Shown piece after piece: positions 47,556-55,760 of a stretch of 64,000 nucleotides of DNA. Source of the DNA: an uncultured Ignavibacteriales bacterium. Lineage in GTDB: Bacteria; Zixibacteria; MSB-5A5; GN15; FEB-12. Within the stretch, counting starts at the first letter, position 1. Each line of letters opens with the position of its first letter. The position numbers and the translations under genes were made by a program. The notes beneath the pieces were generated by a model that was not told the origin of the DNA, did no database searches, and saw only the letters and a program-made list of their open reading frames with translations. The stretch covers positions 5,290 to 69,289 of the forward strand of contig CAZGMK010000008.1 in the NCBI GenBank assembly GCA_964526835.1, read 5' to 3'.

Positions 47556-47561
47556 CTCCGG

Positions 47562-48254
47562 ATGAGGATTTCAGGCACATTGGCAACCCTGCTGCTCTGG
47601 CTGTTACTCAGCTTACCGGGCGGCGCCGCAGCAATGACAATCGAGGCCGCCATAACCGAGCATATGTCGTCGTTGTACGACCTGGACATGACGCGGTACG
47701 AGATAGAGGTGCTGAGGAATCCCTTTCAGTCCGACACGGTGGCCGCCTCCGAATTTGAGCTGCAGCCGATGACCAGAAGCGAACCGCTGGGACTGTTCTC
47801 CATCCGCGCCGCCATCGTTCGCGACAACGAGGAAATCGAGTCTCACCAGGTGAGGCTGCGGATAAAGCGATACGATGATGTTATGGTTACTGTCGATCGA
47901 ATCGGTCGCTCGGAGATCATCGACGCCGGTCAGGTCGAATTGCGAAGAGTCGATATCACAGAACTCAGAGAGAAGCCAATCAGGACGGCCACAGAATTCA
48001 AAGGCCTGCGCACCAGACGAAACCTCAGGCGGGGAGAGGTGCTGACCACCGGCGACCTCGAACCCATTCCCGATGTGGAACGCGGCAGCGAAGTGCAGAT
48101 AACGTTTACTGAAGGTCTGTGTGTCGTGACCGCACCGGGCGAAGTCCTCGAAGCCGGGGCCAGGGGCGAGTTCGTCCGTGTCCGCAACAAGGCCACCAAG
48201 AAGATAATAAACGCTCGCGTCGTCGATGGATCGGCGGTCGCGGTGGATCCGTAA
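47562..48254 (+). CDS. flgA: Flagellar P-ring assembly chaperone FlgA
   Basis: It has a signal peptide, a SAF-like segment and the C-terminal V.V.N..T.K.I.ARVVD...V.V. It lies between flgG and flgH. Confidence 0.8.
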   Translation: MRISGTLATLLLWLLLSLPGGAAAMTIEAAITEHMSSLYDLDMTRYEIEVLRNPFQSDTVAASEFELQPMTRSEPLGLFSIRAAIVRDNEEIESHQVRLRIKRYDDVMVTVDRIGRSEIIDAGQVELRRVDITELREKPIRTATEFKGLRTRRNLRRGEVLTTGDLEPIPDVERGSEVQITFTEGLCVVTAPGEVLEAGARGEFVRVRNKATKKIINARVVDGSAVAVDP

Positions 48255-48267
48255 ATCGGAGATACTC

Positions 48268-48855
48268 ATGAACTATCGGAAGGTTCTGCTGTTTTTGGTA
48301 ATTCTCCTGCTGTTGCCGTTTTGCGTGAAGTCCTGGGGCGGCGATTTCGGACAGGCTCAATCCCTGTACACTGACATCAAGGCCCACCAGGTCGGCGACA
48401 TCCTGACTGTTCTGATCTATGAGAACAGCCGCGCCAGTCAACAGGTCGAATCGAAGAATGAGAAGACCGCCAAGGGATCGACCAAAGGCGGGCCCGGGTC
48501 GGGACCGCTCGACTTCATCCCCCTGTTCGGGGTCGACCTGGAGGCCAAGAACAGCCACGACGGCAAGGGCGAGAACTCGCGGCTGGGCAGCCTGCGGGCG
48601 AAGATGTCGGTCACCGTGGTCGGCCGGAAACCCAACGGCGATCTTGTCATCGAGGGTTCGCGCGCCATCGGTATCTCCAATGATCGTGAGACCATTGCGC
48701 TTTCCGGGGTCGTGCGACCGAAAGACATCACGCCCGACAATACCATCGATTCATATCTGATCGCCGACGCCGAGATAAGCTACACCGGCAAGGGTTCGGC
48801 CGAGACAGCGTCCCGTCAGGGATTTGTCGGACGCCTGCTCAACTGGCTGTTCTAG
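48268..48855 (+). CDS. flgH: Flagellar L-ring lipoprotein FlgH
   Basis: The start MNYRKVLLFLVILLLLPFCV is a signal sequence. SLY.D.KA..VGDILTV.I.E is the FlgH signature. The track start at 48226 overlaps flgA. Confidence 0.9.
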   Translation: MNYRKVLLFLVILLLLPFCVKSWGGDFGQAQSLYTDIKAHQVGDILTVLIYENSRASQQVESKNEKTAKGSTKGGPGSGPLDFIPLFGVDLEAKNSHDGKGENSRLGSLRAKMSVTVVGRKPNGDLVIEGSRAIGISNDRETIALSGVVRPKDITPDNTIDSYLIADAEISYTGKGSAETASRQGFVGRLLNWLF

Positions 48856-48858
48856 GAG

Positions 48859-49998
48859 GTGGCCATGCTGGCAGTTGTCATACGAATTCTGCCCCCGACG
48901 GGGATGATGGCGTTGCTGACCCTGTTCATCGCTCTGACTACCACGGTTGACGCCTCCAAAGTTCGAATCAAGGACATTTGCGCCTTTCAGCACAGCCAGG
49001 AGGTGGACCTGGTCGGCTACGGCCTTGTGGTCGGCCTCGATGGCACCGGTGACGGAACAGGAACCCGGTTCACGGTTCAATCCCTGGTCAACATGATGGA
49101 GCGTATGGGCCTCACGGTGAAGCCTGATCAAGTCAAAGTCAAAAACGTGGCGGCGGTCATGGTGACCGGCAGGATCACCAGCGAGATGTCCGCCGGGACG
49201 TACTTCGACGTAAACGTATCCTCGGTCGGCGATGCCTCTTCGCTGGCCGGTGGGACCCTTCTGATGACGCCCCTTACCGGTCTGGACGGAAACGTCCGGG
49301 CGGTGGCTCAGGGAGCTGTGTCGATCGGGGGTTTCAATGTCCAGGTCGACGAGGGCAACAAGATCGTCAACAATTACACTTTGGTCGGACGCGTCCCAAA
49401 CGGCGGCAAAGTGAGCGCCCCTCTGGTCGTCGAGGAGGAAGCCTCGAAGGAATTCTTCCTTTCGCTTCACAACCCGGACCTGACCACCGCCAGCCGCGTG
49501 GCCGACCGTATCAACATCAAGTACGGCCTGACCTCCTGGGCGATCGATGGAGGCACTGTTCGGGTGGTGGTGCCGGATTCGCTGTGGTATCCCTCAACCA
49601 GGACACGCTTCCTGTCCGACATTGGCCAGCTCGACGTCGTACCGGACAACCCGGCGCGGGTAGTCATCAACGAGAAGACCGGTACTATAGTGGCCGGTCA
49701 ACACGTCACTATCGAACCGGTGGCTATCGCCCACGGGACAATTACGGTTACAATCCAGTCCTCGCCGGTAATATCTCAGCCGCAACCATTCAGCCAGGGC
49801 GAGACCGTGGTAACCCAACAGCCTCGTTTGAATGTGCAGCAAGACAAGGCCCGTGTCACTTACATGAATGGGGCTGTGTACCTGAAAGACGTAGCCAAGG
49901 CCCTCAACAAGATAGGCGCCACGCCTCGCGACATAATCGCGATCTTCCAGGCCCTTAAGCAGGCCGGGGCATTGCGCTCAGAACTGATCATTTTGTGA
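48859..49998 (+). CDS. flgI: Flagellar P-ring protein FlgI
   Basis: It has a signal peptide, then RIKDI......N.L.GYGLVVGL.GTGD. Confidence 0.95.
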   Translation: MAMLAVVIRILPPTGMMALLTLFIALTTTVDASKVRIKDICAFQHSQEVDLVGYGLVVGLDGTGDGTGTRFTVQSLVNMMERMGLTVKPDQVKVKNVAAVMVTGRITSEMSAGTYFDVNVSSVGDASSLAGGTLLMTPLTGLDGNVRAVAQGAVSIGGFNVQVDEGNKIVNNYTLVGRVPNGGKVSAPLVVEEEASKEFFLSLHNPDLTTASRVADRINIKYGLTSWAIDGGTVRVVVPDSLWYPSTRTRFLSDIGQLDVVPDNPARVVINEKTGTIVAGQHVTIEPVAIAHGTITVTIQSSPVISQPQPFSQGETVVTQQPRLNVQQDKARVTYMNGAVYLKDVAKALNKIGATPRDIIAIFQALKQAGALRSELIIL

Positions 49999-50954
49999 TG
50001 ACCATATCCCAACCGACAGCACCGCCGCTGTGTCCCTCGACGGCCGGCCTCGAGAATCTGAGGGGGCGCCGGGCCGGAACCATCGAAGGCGAAAAAGCGC
50101 GTTTGCGCAGAGCCACGCGGGAGTTCGAGGCCTTCTTCACACACTACCTGTTGAAGACCATGCGCAAGACGGTCCCCGACAATCCGCTTTCCGACGGGCT
50201 GCCATTCCAGGACGGCGCCGGACGCCAGACCTTCACAGACTTGTTCGATATGGAGGTCGCCCGCCACGTCAGTTCCTCCACCAACGGCGGCCTAGCCGAT
50301 GTGCTGTATCGTGCCATGGCGCCTCTGATTGAAGCAGAGTTCGACCCGGGCCGACATCCTGGCGACATCAAGCCGCTCACTCCCGGCGACGGGGAATTCA
50401 CTCCCCTGCAGAGCGGACCGCTCGGATTGCCGGACTCCGGCCGGCGCCGGATGGTCCTGTCCGACAGAGATGAGCCGATGCGGCCGATTCGGGTGGACCG
50501 TCGCACTGTCCCCGATGATGAGATATCTTCGCATTTCGGTCGTGATATACGTGCCGCCGCACGCCGTCACAGGCTCGACCCGGCGCTGATTCATTCCGTG
50601 ATCAAGGCCGAATCGGCTGGCCAACCGCGGGCGGTCTCGCGCGCGGGAGCCAAGGGGCTGATGCAGTTGATGGACAGCACCGCCGCCTCGCTCGGACTGA
50701 CCGACCCCTTCGATCCCGCCCAGAATATCGAGCGAGGCGCAGCCTACCTCAAGCAACTGATGGATCGTTACGGTGACATTGACACGGCCCTGGCGGCCTA
50801 CAATGCAGGACCCGGCGCGGTTGATCGCTACGGCGGCATCCCGCCCTATGCCGAAACCAGAGATTATGTCGAGAAAGTGAAACGCTTCTTCGACGAGGCC
50901 AAAAGCGATTTGAATGCGATGCCGGCTAAAGCGCGATCGCATGCAAACCGATAA
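49995..50954 (+). CDS. flgJ: FlgJ-like rod-binding protein fused to a lytic transglycosylase (SLT) domain
   Basis: The N-terminal rod-binding motif is FEAFFTHYLLKTMRK. The C-terminal SLT motifs are IKAESAG, GLMQLM and AYNAGPG. Confidence 0.8.
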   Translation: MMTISQPTAPPLCPSTAGLENLRGRRAGTIEGEKARLRRATREFEAFFTHYLLKTMRKTVPDNPLSDGLPFQDGAGRQTFTDLFDMEVARHVSSSTNGGLADVLYRAMAPLIEAEFDPGRHPGDIKPLTPGDGEFTPLQSGPLGLPDSGRRRMVLSDRDEPMRPIRVDRRTVPDDEISSHFGRDIRAAARRHRLDPALIHSVIKAESAGQPRAVSRAGAKGLMQLMDSTAASLGLTDPFDPAQNIERGAAYLKQLMDRYGDIDTALAAYNAGPGAVDRYGGIPPYAETRDYVEKVKRFFDEAKSDLNAMPAKARSHANR

Positions 50955-50987
50955 ACCAACAAAGCTTGATAACAGGACAAAGAGTGC

Positions 50988-51473
50988 ATGATTGACCGTC
51001 TGATTGACATACTCGGCAGGGAAGCCGGCCTCTTCGAGGACTTTCTGCGACTACTTGAGGAGCAGCAGAAGGCGCTGGTCGAAAGAGACCTGTCGACTCT
51101 GCAGTCAGTTACGGAGAGGCTCCACGAAAAGAGTGTGGAGAGTCGGTTTCTGGATCAGCGACGTCAGCAGATCGTAGCCGAGATAAAGGCGACCGAGGGG
51201 CTCGAGGGGGACATCAACGTCACTCGTTTGCTGGAGATCACCGACGATGAGAGGGCGGACCAATTGCGCCGACTGCGCGCCCTGATCGTGAAGCTTCACG
51301 ATCAGATCGCCGACACGCGCAATCGCAACGCGCTGCTGATAAACCGTTCTCGCGAGTACGTAGCGCGGACCATGAAGATGCTCTCGGAGATCAACATGCC
51401 CAAGCCCACCTATAGCGCCGTCGGGGGTTACACCACCGAGGGTTCCGCGATTGCTGTGAACAGGAGGGCCTGA
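50988..51473 (+). CDS. flgN: FlgN-family flagellar chaperone
   Basis: 161 aa and helical. L...L..E...F..FL.LLEEQ..ALV..D is FlgN-like, and the gene lies directly upstream of flgK. Confidence 0.6.
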   Translation: MIDRLIDILGREAGLFEDFLRLLEEQQKALVERDLSTLQSVTERLHEKSVESRFLDQRRQQIVAEIKATEGLEGDINVTRLLEITDDERADQLRRLRALIVKLHDQIADTRNRNALLINRSREYVARTMKMLSEINMPKPTYSAVGGYTTEGSAIAVNRRA

Positions 51474-52861
51474 TGTCTGGATTGTTTCAGGGACTCGAGC
51501 TAGGCAAGCGGGCGCTGCTGACCCACCAGCTCAACCTGCAGACCATCGGCCACAACATCGCCAACGTCGACACCCCCGGCTTCCGCCGCCAGCGTGTATC
51601 ATTCAGCTCCAGCCTGCCGGAGCAATCGATGAAGGGACCGATCGGCACCGGGATTCAGGCGGTCGGCGTGCGACACATCCGCGATCTCTTCCTGACCGAC
51701 CAGTTCCGAAAGGACAACCGGGAGCTGGGGCAGTGGACCTACAAGGAGAAGACGCTGTCGCAAATCGAGGCGGCCTTTGGCGAGCCCAGCGACACATCGC
51801 TCTCTTCGCTGATTACCGACTTTTTCGACTCCTGGTCGAGTCTCGCTCGTGGTGATCAGGGAGCACAGTCCGCGATCATCGAACAGGCCGGGCTCCTAAC
51901 AAACGCCTTCCATGAGCTCTCCGGGAATCTCATCAATCTCCAGGACTCAATCGACAGCGACCTGGTGATGATTACTTCCGACATAAACAGCCTTACTTCG
52001 GAAATCGCCAACCTGAACAAGCAGATCAAGCGCACTGAACTCGATGGACATTCGGCCAACGACCTTCGCGATATCCGTGACTACGCCCTCGACCAATTGT
52101 CTGAACTCATCGACGTCAATACGCACGAGAGCGCCAAGGGCGACATGATCGTCTACATCGGGTCAATGGCCATCGTCGATCAGGACTCAAGCCACGACCT
52201 CGGCACGCGGGTGGTCAACATCGATGGCCGCGTCCGCCATGAACTGGTGTGGGAAGGCACCGAGATCAGCGTGAAGAATCTGACCGGCAAGCTCAAGGGT
52301 CTGATGGAGTCGCGCGACGAAATCCTGCCGCACTATCTCCAGGAGCTGGATACGCTGGCCGGGGCGCTGGTTGAGCAGGTCAATGCCGTCCACCGAGCGG
52401 GTTACAGCGCCGACGGCAGCACCGAGATCAATTTCTTCGATCCGCATCGACTCAGCGCCACCAGTATCAGGATCAACACCGAGATCGTGGGAAATCCGGC
52501 CAAGATCGCGTTCTCTCAGTCCGGCGAAGAGGGTGACACCCGGATAGCCAAGGCGATCGCCGACCTCAGAACGGCACAGGTGCTCGATAACAACACTGCT
52601 TCGCTGAACAGCTATTACAACGGCCTGGTCGGCAGCCTTGGGGTGGAAGTGCGGCAGGCCAAATCATTCGCCGAAAACTATAATGTTCTGGTTAACCAGA
52701 TAGAAAACGAGAAGTTCGCCGTACAGGGCGTCTCTCTGGATGAGGAGATGGCCAACATGGTGAAATTCCAACATGCTTACGACGCCGCCGCGCGAGTCGT
52801 TACGGTTATGGATCAGGCGCTGGATACAGTCATACACCGCCTGGGAATCATGGGCCGATAA
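51473..52861 (+). CDS. flgK: Flagellar hook-associated protein 1, FlgK
   Basis: N-terminal L...G..AL.......Q..G.NIANV.TPG. The C-terminal GVSLDEEM.NM..FQ.AY.A.A is present. Confidence 0.93.
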   Translation: MSGLFQGLELGKRALLTHQLNLQTIGHNIANVDTPGFRRQRVSFSSSLPEQSMKGPIGTGIQAVGVRHIRDLFLTDQFRKDNRELGQWTYKEKTLSQIEAAFGEPSDTSLSSLITDFFDSWSSLARGDQGAQSAIIEQAGLLTNAFHELSGNLINLQDSIDSDLVMITSDINSLTSEIANLNKQIKRTELDGHSANDLRDIRDYALDQLSELIDVNTHESAKGDMIVYIGSMAIVDQDSSHDLGTRVVNIDGRVRHELVWEGTEISVKNLTGKLKGLMESRDEILPHYLQELDTLAGALVEQVNAVHRAGYSADGSTEINFFDPHRLSATSIRINTEIVGNPAKIAFSQSGEEGDTRIAKAIADLRTAQVLDNNTASLNSYYNGLVGSLGVEVRQAKSFAENYNVLVNQIENEKFAVQGVSLDEEMANMVKFQHAYDAAARVVTVMDQALDTVIHRLGIMGR

Positions 52862-52902
52862 GGCCGGACTGAAATGCGCACGGTGACGCCACGGAGGGTC
52901 AA

Positions 52903-53247
52903 GTGCTGATTCTGACAAGGAAGTTGGGTGAATCGATCACGATCGGCGACGACATTAAGGTGTCTGTTCTGGGCATCCATGGTCGGCAGGTTCGTCTGGG
53001 CATAGATGCCCCCAGTGACGTGGTCGTCCATCGGGAAGAAGTCTATGTAAGGATACAGGCCGAGAACCGACGAGCCCAGAAATCGCTCAAGGACGACCTG
53101 TTGAACATGGTCGGAGCTATCAAAGGGAAAATCAAAGGCGACCAAACCGGCCGGGCCAGGCCGCCGGAGATCGAATACAAAGAGGACGAACGTCGCAGAC
53201 GTCATCCGCGACGTCGCAACGACGATGATCGTCCCTCCAAATCGTGA
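52903..53247 (+). CDS. csrA: Carbon storage regulator CsrA with a ~45-aa charged C-terminal extension
   Basis: (M)[47 protein letters not shown] is canonical CsrA. It has a GTG start. At 114 aa it is longer than the ~60-75 aa I recall as usual. Confidence 0.9.
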   Translation: MLILTRKLGESITIGDDIKVSVLGIHGRQVRLGIDAPSDVVVHREEVYVRIQAENRRAQKSLKDDLLNMVGAIKGKIKGDQTGRARPPEIEYKEDERRRRHPRRRNDDDRPSKS

Positions 53248-53256
53248 GGCAGTAAG

Positions 53257-55194
53257 ATGAGCCTGCGCGTCACAAACGGCATGATGTCGAACCTGGTGAC
53301 TTTCAATATGCAGAAGTCGCTTGGTAGATTCATGGAGATGCAGACCCAGATGTCCAGCGGTCGTCGGATCAACAAGCCATCCGATGATCCCCTCGGGACT
53401 CTCCGCGATTTGGACTATCGAGCGGAAATCAAGAGGGTAGCCCAGTTCCGCCGGAATATCAGTACAGCAAGCAACTGGCAGCAGACATACGATGCAGCCC
53501 TGGCGGATGTCAAAGACATGTTGACCTCGGCCAAAGAACTGGCTGTGTCGATGTCAAACGCCAGCTACGACGCCGCCGCCCGAGCCGCGGCCGCCGTTGA
53601 AATCCGGTCGGTCTATGACCGTCTCATCGGTCTGGCCAACTCCTCGATAGAGGGCAAACAGATATTCTCCGGATACAAGACCGACACCACCGCCTTCGCT
53701 GCCTCCGGCATCGGCGCGGTGTACCGCGGCGACAATGGCAGCATTGAGCTCGAGGTCGACGGAGACCTCATGATACAGATGAACAGGATCGGCTCAGAAG
53801 TATTCCTCAAACAACTGCAGACGCTCGGCGTCGACGCCGATCTGAACGTCGGCGTGACAGGATCTACGACACTGGCCAATCTGAATCGCGGAAGTGGTGT
53901 CGATCTCACTGCCGGGGCCACACCGGGCACAATTACGATTACCGACCAGAATCTGAATATCACGTCCACCATAGACCTGGCCGGAGCCGGCGTAACGACT
54001 GTTCAGGATGTTCTGGATGCGATCAACGTCCAGCTTGCGGCCGACGGCATCACCGACATAACCGCCAAGCTGGGGCCGGCCGGCAACCACATCATGCTGG
54101 AGGGGAATCCATCCGGTGTGATAACCGCCGATACCAGCCTCGGCGTCCTGCACGACGGTTACGGAGTACCGCTGAGCCCGGCGAAGATCCTGCTGCGCGA
54201 CGGCATCAATCCCGACATCGAGGTTGACCTTGCCGGTGCGACAACCATCGGCGATGTCATTACGAGATTTAACGCCGCCGCCCCGGCGGGTGTCGCCATG
54301 CAGATCGAACCGGTCAACGGCAAGAGCCTTCAGATCGTCGACAGCAACGGCGTCCCCCTTGGTCTGGAAGTAGTGGAGTATGACGAAGACGCCGACACAG
54401 CCCTGAAGCTCGGCATCCGAGGCTCAATAGACCCTGTTCTGGACGGCGATGAATTGAACCCCACGGTATCCGTCAAGGTCGAGGAGACGACCGGCACAAC
54501 CGCTTCCGACCTCGGGATTCTCGCGGAATTCACCGCCAGTTATCTCGGCAGTGACCTGGATCCCAACCTGGTCGCCACCGATGCTCTAAGCAGTCTCAAC
54601 AGCGGATCCGGCTTCGTTCTCGGCGAGATATCGATTCGGCATGGCGACCGGCAACGAACTATCGACCTGAATGATCCCGGAATATCCACGATACAGGATG
54701 TCCTGGACGCCATAAACAACTGCGGTCTGAGCATAACCGCATCTATCAATCCCGGCGGCAGCGGCATCCAGATAGTGAACGACGACACAACCCGTTCGCT
54801 GGTAGTGCAGGACACAGCGCCCGACACACGCGCCACCATGGACCTCGGCATCTTCGGGTCGAGTGATATGCTCGGTTCGCTTCTGGTACTGGCCGAGGCG
54901 ATGGAGCGCGACGACGAGGATGCCGTCAGGCAACTTGTCGGTAGTATGGAATCGGCTATCGACCACGCCGTAATCGAGCGAGCGTCGGTCGGCGCCCGCT
55001 GGTCGCAACTGGACATCACCGACGCGCGCCAGGTCGGCAAGGACCTGGCCTATACAAAGTTGCTTTCTGAGGTGGAGGACGCCGATATATCGCGGCTTGT
55101 CACTGACCTTGCCACCTACGAGAACCACTTTCAGGTGTCCCTGATGGCCACCGCAAAGATAATTCAGCCCAGTCTGATGCACTTCCTTGACTAG
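53257..55194 (+). CDS. flgL: Flagellar hook-associated protein 3, FlgL (enlarged; three internal repeats)
   Basis: N-terminal MSLRVTNGMM...G.RINKPSDDP. The C-terminal flagellin-like helix is present. Its central ~310 aa hold three ~75-aa repeats, with QDVLDAIN occurring twice and GDVITRFN once. Confidence 0.88.
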   Translation: MSLRVTNGMMSNLVTFNMQKSLGRFMEMQTQMSSGRRINKPSDDPLGTLRDLDYRAEIKRVAQFRRNISTASNWQQTYDAALADVKDMLTSAKELAVSMSNASYDAAARAAAAVEIRSVYDRLIGLANSSIEGKQIFSGYKTDTTAFAASGIGAVYRGDNGSIELEVDGDLMIQMNRIGSEVFLKQLQTLGVDADLNVGVTGSTTLANLNRGSGVDLTAGATPGTITITDQNLNITSTIDLAGAGVTTVQDVLDAINVQLAADGITDITAKLGPAGNHIMLEGNPSGVITADTSLGVLHDGYGVPLSPAKILLRDGINPDIEVDLAGATTIGDVITRFNAAAPAGVAMQIEPVNGKSLQIVDSNGVPLGLEVVEYDEDADTALKLGIRGSIDPVLDGDELNPTVSVKVEETTGTTASDLGILAEFTASYLGSDLDPNLVATDALSSLNSGSGFVLGEISIRHGDRQRTIDLNDPGISTIQDVLDAINNCGLSITASINPGGSGIQIVNDDTTRSLVVQDTAPDTRATMDLGIFGSSDMLGSLLVLAEAMERDDEDAVRQLVGSMESAIDHAVIERASVGARWSQLDITDARQVGKDLAYTKLLSEVEDADISRLVTDLATYENHFQVSLMATAKIIQPSLMHFLD

Positions 55195-55206
55195 TCGATA
55201 AAGAGG

Positions 55207-55695
55207 ATGGAACCCATGTTGATTGACAGCTTTCGCTTTGGACCCATGGAGATCCCGGATGATCAGGTGATCGAATTGAAACGCCCAATCCTGGGATTCG
55301 AGAATCTGACCAGGTTCTGCCTGGTGGAGCGTGAGGACCTGACCCCCTTTCTATGCCTGCAGTCCTGTGAGGACCCGCATATCGCGTTCCTGGCTACCAA
55401 TCCGGCCGCCTTCTTCCCCGACTATCGGATCGAGGTCAATCCCCGCGAAATCGCCGAACTCGAGATCGAGAATCTGGATGAGGTCGAGACCTACGTCATT
55501 GTGACAGTCACCGACAATCCCGAGGAAACATCGGTTAATCTTCAGGGGCCGATTATCATTAATACCAGCAATCGATTCGCCAAGCAACTCGTGCTGGTCA
55601 ACTCTGACTACCGGGTGCACCACAATCTTCTTGAAGCAATCGAGGCGTTGCAGCCAGAGGAAACCCCGGTTGGTGCGGAGCCTGTCGGCGTCTGA
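55207..55695 (+). CDS. fliW: Flagellar assembly factor FliW
   Basis: 162 aa with F......I.GF..L..F.L......PF..LQS..D....F....P, which is typical of FliW. Confidence 0.9.
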   Translation: MEPMLIDSFRFGPMEIPDDQVIELKRPILGFENLTRFCLVEREDLTPFLCLQSCEDPHIAFLATNPAAFFPDYRIEVNPREIAELEIENLDEVETYVIVTVTDNPEETSVNLQGPIIINTSNRFAKQLVLVNSDYRVHHNLLEAIEALQPEETPVGAEPVGV

Positions 55696-55760
55696 GATAG
55701 GCGACCCGATCCATCACCCTCAGTCCCGGGCGGCCTCGCAGCACCCTTCATGGAGGAAAG

